Below, piece by piece: positions 11,901 through 26,800 of a DNA stretch of 64,000 nt (position 1 is the first letter of the stretch; each line of letters opens with the position of its first letter). Made by a program: the position numbers and the translations under genes. Location of the stretch: the NCBI RefSeq assembly GCF_964355755.1, contig NC_092675.1:6939812-7003811 (forward strand), read 5' to 3'. The notes under the pieces were generated by a model that worked only from the letters and a program-made list of their open reading frames with translations, ran no database searches and was not told where the DNA came from. The stretch is from Antedon mediterranea. Lineage: Eukaryota; Animalia; Echinodermata.

Positions 11901-14900
11901 GCTAAATGAATCAATTATTGAAACTTAACTACTTTGAATTTGCTTTTGTAATTACAGTAGAAATCCTATTGAAGGGACACTTTGCCATGATACAAGAAGA
12001 AATGTATAAGTTAACACATGGCCAACTTCTATTAATGAGAAACTCCTATTAAGGGGCCACTTGGACTATGACAGCTGATTTCTAAAGTGGTCTATAATTA
12101 AAGATGTATTGTCCCCCAAAATCAGGAAAAATTAAGAATAAAATCCGACTTTAAATAGGCCATTTTGCATTTTTAATAAAGTTCACTTTTTTAGAAACAA
12201 AGCAAAAAATAAACGGTTCGTTTAAACCAAAAACTCATTGTCTGCCAGACAATTTAAGTGTTTTTTTGCTTTAAATTACATTTTTAAAGGTAAATAATTT
12301 TTTAGCGATCAAGTTTTTGGTCAAAATGAATAATTATTATGCAACGTTAAAATGACATATTCAACAACAAATTTTTTTAAAATAATTTTTTCAGTGGGAC
12401 AATATTTTATTTATTTTTTTATTTATAAACATATTTCTACTGGATGACAATATCAACGTTGTCCCACAAAGGGGACATTGTTGTTTTTCAAAAGGTCCAG
12501 CACAAAACCTAACAACATACTATAATTATATAATACATCGTTTCTTAAAAAAAGTAAAAAATGTTAATATATCTTTAAGAGGAGATAATTTTGAAATAAA
12601 AAAGAAAACTATTCTTACTTTGACCACATAGATCCCCGAAATAGTCAATTGTGCACAAGCATGAAGGTTGTCCATTCTCATTTACATAACAGGTGCCACC
12701 GTTCTGACATTGTTGACTACTTGCTAAGTTATCACATGCGCTTTGATCACATACGTCACCTAAGGATAAAAAGGCATCATTATAGTAAACATATAATCCT
12801 TAAGATTATGTTGAAAATGTTCACGGCCAATAAGATTAACTCAATTGTCCAGATTACCAAAGCTATACTCACACCTTTAACATCTGTGTAATTAGCCTGC
12901 TCAACGCGATCGATACCTCTCATCTTTACGATTTCAAATTAACCTTAATGATATTTTAATTATTTATAACAAATGAAGAATGCCATTATAACTGTTATAT
13001 CATATCATTAAACAAAGGTAAATAAAGTATAAAAATATGTACAGTGTCAACTAATGCATTATTTCATACCAAGATATCCCGGTAGACATTGACAGGTAAA
13101 TCCATTAGGAGCGTCTGTACAAGTAGCCCCATTTTGGCAGGGATCTTGAAGGTTACAGACACTGTCTAAACACTCTGATACATCTAAACCATCATCTGGA
13201 CTACTCAGATCAACATCTTGAATATTGATGTCAACTGTTCTAATGCAGCCAACAAAACCTGCCAAAACAAATTGATTACACACTTTTTTTATCTACATCC
13301 CACTCACATGTAATGCTCATAATTGCACGTTCAAGTATAAACACTCTCCCTAATTTAGGCTAAATTCAGATACAAAACCTGTTTTCTAAATTGTTAATAC
13401 AATTTAAGTTTAATCATATTCCAAAATCTTTCCCAAATTCATACCCAAGACCTATACTTAGTCAATATTATTAGTATTTATCAATAATGTACTAGTGTAT
13501 TAATATACAAATAATGAATGTCTAGATAATTTAAAAAATCAACAAACACTCAAAGCACTCTGATCTTTTCGAAATAATGCTATATAAATGTCTCATTATA
13601 AATTGAGGGCGTGATTGAGTGAAGACAGTGCTGATTTTTTGAGTAAATTTGCCTTTTTTTTTATGTATATAACATATATTTCACACATTTCTTTGTATGC
13701 TGTGTGGTTTACAAAATGAAAAGTAATATTTTCATGAGGCAAAAAAAAATAGTCTAAATAAAAATAATTATCAGGCCTAATGATATAAAGGTACATACCA
13801 CTATTGAACAGAATTTCTGTAGGCAGGCTTATAGTAGATGGAATACCACCTACAAATGTAATTACACCTGTGTCTAATCCCACACTTGACCCTTGTGTTG
13901 TACCAGTCACAGCAAAATCATCATTCAAACTTAAAGAGCCATCTTTTATGTTTCTGGAAGCCCTGACAATGTTCCATTCATTCAGCCTTACTACAGTAGA
14001 GCTAGTGAGGATCAAACTGCCTGTTGAAATTAATAAATAGTAACATTTAGATAGGGTTGTGAAGATAAAGTAGTTATAGCTACATTATTTTTTACTTTTT
14101 TACTTAGCTGAAATTTTCACTTACTTTTATTCCAAATCATAATTATTTTACCTAACAATTTTAAATCAAATGATAATAATAATAATATGAAAAGGAATGA
14201 ATGATTATTAGGCTTTAAAAAAACCAGTTCCTACAAATTCAGACTGTTTAATGCAGGATGGTTATTATGTTATCAATTTCATGTACAGTAGTTTGTGAAA
14301 AATGTAGGTAAAATATGTGAGACCTTTCAAGGTTTTTAAAGCCAATTTAAATTTAGTTGTGGCCTAAAAATATATTGGCAAGAATATGCAGCACTGGCCC
14401 AAGAATACACCATACTGGTACACAATTGTGTGTAATTATGGAATAAGTGAGTCAAATGACCAAGTGGTTAAGGCAGGGGCGCCGTTTACCGTACCCAAAG
14501 AGGCAACAATATCAGCACGAGTAGGGGTTACCTCGGTGAACTGGTTCACAAAATAGTCCCTGTATCGGGGGGATTACTACCTATGTGATAGGACAGTGAT
14601 TAATTTACTATTGGTAATCCTTGACCACATTTGCCTAAAGACATAATAAAATTAATGTAATTAATGAGTAATTATTTTCTACTACTATTCATACCTGATC
14701 CCAAGTTGAATGCGAACTGAACATTGCCATTTACTAAGCCAAGACCAATGAAATCATTGTTTTCACTGTTCCATAGAAGTAATCCATTATTGTCTTCAGG
14801 CTTAAACTCTATTGTTATCTCAGTGTTCGAAGACGTTACAAGTATGAAGTTGAAGGATAGGTATGATAATGCTGTAAATGATGGAACACTAATTGTGCTC

Positions 14901-17900
14901 ACTAAAAAAAAGAAGACAAAATAATTAAAATCAATTTTGAAATATTTACACATTTTTGTAGTTTAAATAATAATACAGAATTAATATTTGACATATTCTT
15001 TTATCAATAATGTTATACATCTATGATCTAATTACTCACAACAAAATAATGGCAGAATAAAAGCCTTACCCGTGTCACATGTTTGACCTGTCCACCCTGA
15101 GGTGCATATACATTCAAATTGTTGGTCACTGATAATACGGCATATTCCATTATTTAGACAGGTAGAGCTGGTACACGGTGAAAATGAGCAATAACTGATA
15201 TCTCTTCCACTCAATGCTGTTTCCCATGGCAATGGAAGGAATGTAGTTCCACCAATCTAAAATATGCAATATTGACTTTAATTTGACTGAATACTTATTG
15301 TACATCATCACTCACAAAATAAAAGTTAAAATTACAAACCTGAAGATCTTGGATACACCCAGAGAAGCCAGTAACGAATCCACCTTCCGGATGAAGTATT
15401 GTGAAGTCCTGAAGACCCCCAATGTATAGGCTGCTGTCTGCTGTTAAACTAACTGCTGTTCCTCCTGCCTGGATGGTATATCTTATGTTGTCTACATACA
15501 AATCAGCAGTACGTGCCATTCTTGTAACAGTAATTTGATGCCAACTATTTAAACTTATTATGGTACTGCTAACAATTGCTGTTGCTCCCCCTGGTAAAAT
15601 AAGAATGATATTCAAAGTAGAAATATGGCTGACATAGGAACTAGAAAAGCAGTAATTCATTATTATTTTATTTAAATTTAAAAGGATATATTGATTGATT
15701 GTATTGATTATTGTAGATAATAAAGGGAAAAAAGAAATTTGAAATGACTGTAAAAGTTAAAGAAAATCTATTTATTTATTTTTTATTTATATTTAAAAAA
15801 ATTTTAATCTGGTGGCCATGACTTAAAGTTTGTCCTCCTTCTGCACACATTTAACTGGAAATGTAAATCAGCACTTGTTCTTAACTGCAAACACAGGTTA
15901 TTTATATGTAGTATATGGATCAAAATGACAAAATTACTAACCCATTTTGTATCTAAATTGCACCATGCTATTTATGAGGCCAAGAGCAAAGAAATCACCA
16001 GCAGTGTTGAACTGATCTTCCATGTACAACAGGAGTCCAGAGCCAGATGTTGGCCTGATTAAAAGACTAATACGAGTTTCCTTATTCAGACCAACAGGGG
16101 AACCAAACGTGATAAAAGATGTTTCACTGAATTCTGGTATCAAGGATGTTAAATCTAATATATTGTGGATAAAAAATAATAATTTACATCAAAGAAATTA
16201 TTGTATATTATGGGAATAAAATATATAGTCTTCCAATACTAAACACCTATGGGCTGGCCAAATATGTCTGGATTTCCAGAAAGTTTGGTATTCAGAATGT
16301 GTTTTTAATGTTAAAAAAAGAATTTGGGACCTTTTGGACCTCACGAAAAGTCTATTATTGGGAGATTTTCGCGTTTCAGGGAGTCCTGTATTTGGAGAGT
16401 TGACTGTATAACATTTTAGATATGGAGTAGAAACTGTTATTAGCTCCAACTATGGGTTAGGATTGAACCCTGTACCTTGGGATTGGAAGCCAAGCTACAC
16501 CTCCACTACTACTTGATTATACCATTATTGTTAAGGGATGTTTCTTATTTAGAAATAAACTATAAATTTGTTATTGATGCATAGAACTCACCTAAGTTGT
16601 CTGAGCACGTCACACCAGTTTTCCCAAGAGGGCAGGAACATGTGAACGTGTTCCTACCAGAAATACACGTAGAGCCATCTGCACAATTATTGTTTGAACA
16701 AAAGTCTGTGCTGGACTCGCAATTTGTTCCTGTAAACCCAGGCTGGCAGTTGCAAATGTAGGAGCCAGGGATTGTTATACATGTAGCCTGGTTTAAGCAG
16801 GGCGTAGCCTGACAAAGGTCTTCATCACACTGGGCAATGTTAGCGCCGCTTATGTATCCACCAGAGGAGAAGCTAATAAACAATACAAACATATATTTAT
16901 ATAATGATTCAATAACTATGCATTGTTAGTTATAAACAAACACTTCATAATACTGATTGCAGGAATGACATCCACAGTATAAAACAGAATTCAGTGTCAG
17001 TCATCTGATTCTTGATAGAAACATAACATTCTCAATATGTGTTTTTATTTGGGGATATGTTGTATTTAGTCATTCAAAGTAACGATATTATAAAGATAGT
17101 AAGATTTATTTTCTTTTTTTGTCTTAAGCTCTGTCTACACCCACCAAACTGTACGTGACAAACAAAATGTGATGTGCCCATATATGGGCATGATGATGTC
17201 ACATCACTACCATGTTTGGACATGTCACTACCATACTTGGGCACATCACACTTTTTTGTCAAACTAGTTTGATAGTGATAGACAGAGCTTTATACCTGAT
17301 TCACAAGTACAACAATATTACAATATGTAACATATTGATACAATTGGTAAGAACATGTGAAAGTGTTACCATTATAAATCTGTGTAAAATCTCAACAAGT
17401 TGGTAAAGATCACACAGATGTAAAACACAGCGGTATATTGCGCATATTACATTATTACGTTTAAATTACAACATTACAAACTACTGATGAGTTATCTATG
17501 TAACAATTTTTTTTATTACATTTTTTGTTGCATTTTTGTGTGTGAATCGGGCATTCCATTTACACTTACCTATAAGTAAGTCCTTGTATTGTTAATGACA
17601 ATATGCAGCCAGAAAAACCAGAAAACACTTGCGCCCTCAATGAAGCTGGAGTAAGATCATCCATTCCACCAACAAACACTTCTGGGTTAACATTGAGAGA
17701 GGTCAAAGATCCACCAGCAGATCCAAGTTTTGTGCTATAAGACAAAAATGAGAAATTATTATTAAGCTATCATTATAAAAAGATTTATTTATAAAACATC
17801 TTCAGAAAAACATATTCTAAAGTCAAAGAATATGTAGATTAGTTTAATCACATTACTGTAAGTTTTTTTCATTGCCTTCTGGTAACTGGTCTTACACTAA

Positions 17901-20818
17901 GTTAGTTTCGCCAAAATGTTAGTACTCTATAATGAGTACACGCTTTAAATTACTTTCTAACCTAAAGATCTTCGTAAATAAAAAAGTTGCTATAGCTCTA
18001 TTAGATTATGTAATGACCTTTGTACTAACCTCTGACCTGAGACAACCATTTGATCATCTATTCCTGGCCTTATAACAGTTACTGTAACCCATGTGTTAGA
18101 AATTACTTTCTAACATAAAACAGTTGCTATCCTAGCTCTATTAGATTATTGTAATGACCTTTGTACTAACCTCTGACCTGAGACAACCATTTGAGCATCT
18201 ATTCCTGTCCTTATAACAGTTACCGTAACCCATGTGTTGAGAGGTATAATGTCACTGACCAACTGACCTGTGCTTCCTCCTGTAATATATATAAATAATT
18301 AAACAATTTTTGTTACATTTATAATATAATGATCAGCTTTGGCTGGATGGACCACTCTTCTTAAATATTGTTGAAATAAAATTAAAAAAATAAATATATA
18401 TTTTAAGTTGAAATTTGCTTTAATTTTTTTATAAATTTAAAACATTGAAGACTTTTCTGGTTCACTGATAAACATAATTAATCATATGATCACATTGTAA
18501 ACAAATTCAAAATGTAATTTTTATTTTATAAAATCTCAAAATGATTAAATATACAACCTACCAAGATTGAATTCAAACTCAACTCGTTGGTTTGTCAATG
18601 ATAAAGCAAAGAAATCACCCATGATGTTATCTTGACGACTGTACAGCAGAAGACCATTGGGATCTTCCGCACGGAATTGTATCGTAAAGGTAAGACTGTT
18701 AAGTACAGACGAATCTGGTGGCAATGGGAACTTTATGTAGGAATTTTGGTAAAAGAAAGGAACATCTGTCTGAACGCCTGAAAAAAAAAGTTTATATTAA
18801 AAAACTGTATACTTGCTCATATTCCAGATAGTTTAAAATATTTTAAATGTTAGGTCCAACTGGAACCCTATAAGGTTTTGGTCTTCAGAGAGTCTGTGAT
18901 TTTATATAATAAAATATTGAAGCAATTTGGTGATAAATCAGAGTCTAAAGCTCTGCCTACACTATCAAAATTTATGTCACAAAAAATGTGATGATGTCAT
19001 ATCACTACAATATTTGGCCATATCACTACGATATTTAAGCACATCACACTTTTTTTTCAAACTATTGCTTTAGACAACAACCTGTGTAATGGTAAGGCAT
19101 GCGAGAATGGGGTTGAGACCTGCCTATAGTGCTTGTATCCTTAGACAAGATGCTTTATTCTCATTACCTCGTCCTTCGGATGGGATGTAAAGATATTAAT
19201 GCTGTGTACATACATTGTATACTATTCAAAAGGAGGAAATTATCTCCCAGTGTGCTGATAAGGTACAGAACCAGAGTCTGGTTCTGAAGCGGTAACCAGG
19301 GGAAAAAAAGATAAAATTATGCAATTATTTTACACTAAACACTTTTTAAAGAAAAACAATAAATCCACATGTACATACTTGTTTCACATACTGGACCCGC
19401 AAATCCAATGGGACATAAACATTCAGTTCCTTCAGGATTATCAAGGCATGATCCGCCATTCAGACAAGGATTACCAACACAGATTGAGGCTTCACAGTCA
19501 ATTCCACCATATCCAGAGTTACAACTGCACACATAACTACTTCCAGTCTGCAAAATCAAGTTTTTTGAATATAAAGGTGTTTAAAGAAAAAAATAAATGG
19601 CAATTTTGAAGAAATGGTTTGGCAATAAACGACTTATGTGAGGGGAGAAAACAACCCAACCAGACTTAAATTTTCAGAAAATTATATTTTTTAAGCTTCA
19701 TTTCATGAAATAAAATGGAATTAATATTTAATTGTATCGTCTGATACGTAAGCTACCTATTGCTAATTTGCAATGGTGTTTTCTTTTCAACAATATTTTT
19801 TTTATTTCATTCATATGTTATAAAATAGTAAATTAGACTGAATAATGATATTACTAAAGAGATCATACAACATTAACTCTACCTGCTCAACACACTGCCC
19901 TCTTCCATTGCAGTCAATATTTTCACAGACATCCACGAGGCAGTTTCCTATATTAGCGCCAGCATTGTAAGAATTAAGCAGATCAATGACTTGGTCACTA
20001 AGCTGTAGGTCTTGTACACAGCCGTCCAATGTGTCCCTTACAAAGGATACTCGGGGTATAACATTCTAAACACAATTTATTGAAAAGTTAGCGTCTTTTA
20101 TAAATATGCATTTAAAAAAGGAAAATTATTTTGACTATACTACAAAATTTATAATTCTTCTTTTAGACATCATATAAAAGTTACAAATAAAGACAAACAT
20201 CCTAATTTTGCACTTAACCATATTAAACCATCAAACAGATGCTGTTATAACACTGAAAATCTACTTACCGGTGCTAATCCACCAACATACACATTACTCA
20301 ATCCAGTGAAGGTTGTTCCACTAACTACTGTGGACAATCTGTCTGCTTCATCAACAGATATCAACAAGTTCTGTCCAGATTGCTCAATATCAATAGTGTG
20401 AAAGTTACCATCTCCATACGATAGCTGACTGGTCAGAGATACAACGCTAGGAAGCAGACTATACCTCATTCGAAACTCTATTCTTCCTGACTGTAAATAA
20501 AGTGCCATGTAGTCACCTACATGAACAAAAATAATATTACAGATACTGTAAGTATATACTGTACTTTCGCAAGAATTATCGTATAAGAGGATTAATAATA
20601 AAAAGCTGGGCATCTAGAAAGAAATAGAGAGTTTCAAAATAGTAAATTTAGGAATAAATGAAAAACATTACCATTTTCTACAGTGGGTACTACATAAAGT
20701 ATCAACCCATTTGACTGGCTTGATGAAGCGGACACTGTGATAGCCAACGGAGATGTAAATGTGTGACTGTATTGCAGATAGCTGTTATCACCAAATGATG
20801 GGATCTGTACCGATAAAC
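5908..20818 (-). CDS. EYS: EYS-like C-terminal region: five laminin-G domains with interspersed EGFs (about 19 exons)
   Basis: Repeated LamG motifs: PSF..SY, GLLLY/W, DF(F/I)AL.L..G.(V/I).F.FNLGSG, W..V.V.R, LY(I/V)GG, F.GC(I/V). Examples are exons at about 20818-20672, 20517-20269, 18778-18562, 18279-18171, 17735-17571, 16155-15951, 15591-15340, 14900-14695, 14021-13799, 7901-7684, 6834-6714 and 6078-5908. Confidence 0.9.
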
Positions 20819-23800
20819 CTAACAAATACAAATAAAACTGTTATTTACCCCAAAAATATAATATCTTAACCTATTGTCATATAAGAATACAATAATTACA
20901 ATAAGTATTAAACAAATAAACTGTACATATTTTTTTTATGACTAAACACATTTTAAAATGTCTATACAGTATTTATAATATATATATATATATATATACC
21001 GAGATTCAAACCTGGACCTTCTGCTTGATATGCAGCTGTCCTATCCATTAGACCACTGGGGCTTTCATGGTATAGTTCAAACCCGATTGGAGATTTTATA
21101 TATGAATAAATACAAATGAATAATAAAGAAGTATAGCATACTCTCTGAACACGTTGTCCCAGTAGTTCCAACGAGGCAAAGACAAGAGAATGTTGATGTT
21201 GTCAAAGGCAAACATGGGGCGCTGTTTGCACACTGAATGTTGTCGCAGATGGTATTCTGGCAAAGTGTACCAAAGTATGGATTTAAACAGTTACATATGT
21301 ATCCATTTACCTAAAAGAAAATTGATTGTTATTTTAGAATCCCTGGTATCATTTAGTACAGTAGGAATGATAGGGATGATTTTTAAAGGTTGTGCAATGA
21401 AGTCTTGGAAAACAGCATAAAGCAACAGTGACAATAATTATATAAACTATTTATAATATTTGTATAAAATCATATTTCCTTTTTTTCCTTCAACTCATTT
21501 AAAACATAGGAGTAGAAGTGGCTAATTTCTCCATAGTACTGTACATCTCATGTAAAGTAAACCTTGAACACAGGTATTAGACCACAGTTGACTGTGTCAA
21601 TAGAAAATAATGAAATTGACGTACAGTCGACTAACTTATTACATGCATGGCAGACCATGCCTATAGAAAAGTTAAAATTACATGCACAGTTAATCGTACT
21701 GATTGCCTCATTAGCGTATAGCAGTCAGAGTCAGCTACTGTGAAATATTCATACTTTATTCAATCCAATTAATCTTTCATTTATGAATGAATATTAAGAG
21801 GCACTTACCAAATCTTGGCAATTTCCATTATTTGCACATGGATTAGATACACACTCATTTATATTCGTCTGACAAAAGTCACCTGTATATCCAAGTTGAC
21901 ATGTACAGGTGTAACCCTTTATATTAGATACATCCAAACTACATCCAGCCCCATTTAAACAAGGATTGCCTGATGAAATAAAAAAAAAACTTGTATCATT
22001 AATTTGTAGAAAGTTTGAAAAGAGAATTAAACATTTCAATCATGTTCGGTTTAAGCAAAGCAATCTCACAGGTGCAGGAAATACCATTTCTACAGTGTGC
22101 ACATTTTAAATTAGGTAGGCCTTAAGCTTCAATATTACATAGCCTATAACAGATATCGCCTTTTAAATTGGTAAAATATAAGATTTGACATCCCCTCGGG
22201 GAATGATATTTTGCTCTCTGGAATATATTTCCCTCGAGCAAAATATCATTCCCTCGGGGATGTCAAATCTTATATTTCACCTCTAAGCAGGCAATATCTG
22301 TATAATATGTAATACTTACTTGCACAATAATTACAGGAGAAACTGTCTGCCAAGTTCTGACATGGCACATTTTGCGGGCATGGATTCCGTGCACACGCAT
22401 CTTGTAGACTCTCACAGTTGGCACCTGCATAACCTGTTGTACACTGGCATGTATATGTTGTGCCATAGATAGAATTGGGTACGTTGAAGCAGACAGCGCC
22501 ATTCTGACAGGGGAGATTAGCACAGCTTGACTGTATTTCACATAGAGTACCAGAATAACCCGCAGCACATACACACCTGTCAATAAATGGAGCAACCGTA
22601 AAAGTTAGGATATGTTATTGATTTGTATTCATGCACAAAAAACACCAAACTTTGTTTTTTATGTGCGTAAGAAGTAAATATAGTGTGCACCAGTTTGGAG
22701 GATGTGTGGAGGAGGGTGGAGGAAAAAAAAAGAGACAATTGAGACAAGAGAAGAAAAATAAAGAAATATGTGTATAATTTACATTCAACTAGATGCATAT
22801 GGCATAGATATGAGTGAGTCTTGCAGTAATGTATTGTCTGATATGTTGAACTATGTATGTTATATACTATTGTTGAATAAAGAATGTCGTTGACTTTTTT
22901 GGAAATGTTCCCATATTTATGTCCTTTGAAAAGCACATAAATAAAATGCTTTATACAGTACATTGAAGTTATTTAGCAATCACACAAACGTATAGACATT
23001 CTACAACGAATGATAGCTTACGTATAAAAATTGATTTGATCAAGACAAGTAGCTCCATTCTGACAAGAATTCCCTATACATTCATCTCTATCAAATTCAC
23101 AGGATGTACCAAAATATCCTAAAATAAAATATAAAACGTATTGACGCAAAGTGCTGTATTGCGTAATCACAAGTGAGAACCGACGACGCAACAGTGCTAC
23201 AAAAATCGCAGGTTTGATATCACGCAGACGGGGTAAAAACACAATTATTGGAAGGGCATTTTTTTACGTTGCGTAGGTTATTTTACGTTGAGTCGCTAGT
23301 GGGAACCAACCACTGATCTTAAGCTATCATGTTTACAAGGAATTTTGGAAAACAATAGACTATCTTATATCATGGCCACTAAAAGTTGGTGTTCATGGGT
23401 ACCAACACACTGAACAGTTCAATATTAGAAAATAAAGTTGATTAATCAACGACTTTTAAGAAGTTCACATAAATCAATTGTAACTTAATAAACCAAATTA
23501 ATATGTTATAAAGTATTGATGTACAACTACTAATGTGTTTGTAATAAAATACACATGGTCATCAAAAATTTCTCCATGGTTACACCATTTAGAGCCAAAA
23601 ATATAAACCTGTCATGTACAGTATATCCACAACAATTAACTGAGGAATATAAACATTATTATGCAGGGAGGTTTACGATTTGTCACTGATAAACTCCACT
23701 AACCTGGTATACAGTTACAAACATAGGCTGATCCTAATGTGTCACAGGTCGCACCGTTCTGACATGGGTTTGACAAACATAGGTCAGAAACACGTTCACA

Positions 23801-26800
23801 AAGTGTACCACTGAAACCACTCGGACATGAGCATTCGTAGATGCCGTTCAACAAGTTACACACCCCTCCATTCTGGCATGGGGTGACACTGCAGTCATCC
23901 GAAAATTCACAACGTTGCCCGTTGTAACCAGGTGGGCATCTAAATAAACAAATAACAGTATATTTTAATCGATTTATTATCATAAGTGGACAAACGAAAT
24001 TATATACATTGTCATTCAATAAAGTTTTTAAAAATATCTATCTATTCAGGAAAAATGCAGAAACCCTTTCATAGTAATGTATTGTCATCATGGTGCTATC
24101 ATCCAGTCCATTTGTACTTTAATCACTGGTATTTATTACCATTGAAAAGGAATATCAGTTGTTTGTCACATACAAATATATATAAATACCCTAATTTTTT
24201 TTCCCATACAAAATATTTAAAATAATCACCTGCAAACAAATTGTCCTAATCCGTCTTCTAAACAATCTCCTCTGACGCATGGATTACCGGCACATCCAGT
24301 AGCTACGATGACGTTTTCACATAATGTTCCATCAAAGCCACGAGGACAATCACAAAAAAGCTTCAAATAAGATATATTGAATAAATCAGAATAATTAAAC
24401 TAGTAACTAAAGTTATAAACTGGTTAATTTTACAAGTATTACTTTATAACCAGGTTAGTCCCAATGTTAACCAATCTACTTTATAACTAGGTTACATACA
24501 TACCTGTCCATTTTGGTCCCAGCAAATACCTTCGTTTTGACAAGGGTTATTGGGATAGCATACACCAGCAGATATGTCACACCATAATCCCTGATAGCTA
24601 TCAGCACAAATACAGAATGGACCTGGGGACGAGATTGATAAAAACATAATTAGCATAAAAATCATCTTAGTCAATGATTCAAATCTTTATGCATATCTAC
24701 ACTATCAAATTTTATGTGACAAAATGTGATGCGCCCATATATGGACATGATGATGATCACTACAATATTTAAGCATAAAACTACTGTATTTGGACACATG
24801 ATGTCCATACATTGAGATAAAACTAGTGGTGGTATGGCAAAAAGATAAATGCCAGCTCTACACATTAAAGCCATACTATAACTCTCAGTTTAAAAGTAAT
24901 TTACATACAAACTAAAGATAAAAAATTGCTTTCTTCTTTCTTTCACTTTATTTTTACATTTAGTTTATTAATTCCTCTGTGGTACGTTAAATTTTTCAAG
25001 GGTAAATAAAATAAAAATCAAAATATTTTACCAATGCTATCTTCATAGCAATCTCCTCCATTTTGGCAAGGGTTTATTGGATTACATGACACAGCAACAG
25101 TCTGACAAAGATCACCAACATATCCACCTCTACAGGTACATGTATAACCACTTGCAGAGCTTGTCTCCACACAAAGCCCGCTATTCTGGCAAGGCTGAGT
25201 ATCACAAGGACTTGGTAGCTGGGTTTCGCATCTGTCGCCTTAATTATCAAATAAAATATATCAATAACATTAAAATTTATTATTTATACATTTTTTATAT
25301 GCATGTATATAAGTTTCCTGTATATCGTTTTTGTAGTTCTGAAAAGAAATCATTAGTTGTTTGGATATTGATTTATTTTATGATAGTTTAAATGTATTTA
25401 AGGGTAAAATTGTTAAATCTCTATAATGTTCCAATCTTTGTTTATGTTATTGTTGCTTATTTGAATTTATTATTATAGTTTGTTATCGTTGAACTGAATA
25501 AAAATTTTAAACCATTCGTGAGTTTGATCGAAGCATATTGATCGAAATATCAAGTAGTATCAGAGATATTCAACCGTGTCAACAGTAATAAACAAGTATA
25601 GAAATTAATTATTAAGTTTTACATAAATCAAATAAAAATAAAAACTCATTAACGGTCAAGTGACCAATCGTATTAGGATTATTGATAATAAGGAGTGATG
25701 ATGATCAAAGCATATTGATCGAAACATCGAGAAACAGTTCTATTCAGAACTAACATACATGGTGGAACGCAAACTTTATATAAAAATTTTATTTCGCCAT
25801 ACAAACCTTCAAACAACATATTAGGATTGAATTTTAAAAAAAATGAATTTATAGCCAAGTCTTACCAATATATAATCCAGTACACACACAATTAAAGGAA
25901 TCGAATCCATTGTTTGTACAAGTACCAGAATTTAAACACGGATTGCTGTCACATGGCATTGGAGGAAGTGTAGATGCACAGTTTGTGCCTGTGAATCCAG
26001 AGAAACAGCTACAGAAGTAAGTATCACCATTATTGAAGCAGGTGCCATAAACACATGGCTCACTATCACAAGGCATGATCTGCTGATCGCAATTAAAACC
26101 AGTATACCCAGACAAACACTGACAGGTGTAAGAATTCCCAAGGTCGACACAGTTTCCGTTAACACATGGCCCGGAGTCACAAGGCAGCACACGCGTTTCA
26201 CAATTATCTCCAGTGTATCCTGTGTTACATTGGCAGAGATATCCATTACTTGTCACTGTACATACGCCATTAACACACGGGTTGCTATCACAGGGTGTAA
26301 TTATTGTTTGACATTGATCGCCGACATAATTTGATGGACACGTACAACTGTAATTGTCTCCGATGTTTTGACATTGTCCGTTATTCAAACACGGCAAACT
26401 ATCGCATGGTTGGATTTCAACATCACAGTTCTGACCGTTATATCCTTGATCACACGAACAACTATACGTATCCCCGATAATGTTACAAACTCCATTTACA
26501 CATGGATCTGGTGAACATGGTATATCAATTTCACAACGGTCACCCGAGTAACCGGATGAACACTCGCAGATAAAAGAGTTTGCAGTATCTATACAGCGAC
26601 CATTGTTTGCACATGGGGGTTCTTGAGAAGACAAGCACTGGTCAATCTCAATTTCACAGCGATCACCACTGTAGCCATTTAGACAGAAACATTGGAAGTC
26701 TCCAGGAGGAATATTTGGTGGACAATTGGATACACCTTGCTGGCAACAAAATCCTCCATTCTTACAGGGATTCGGGTCACAAACTTCTTGAGGCTGCAAA

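Noticed and set aside
17420-17445. Other CTGATGA motifs (17425, 44867, 49222, 61336) as hammerheads
   Set aside because: No stem II followed by GAAA.
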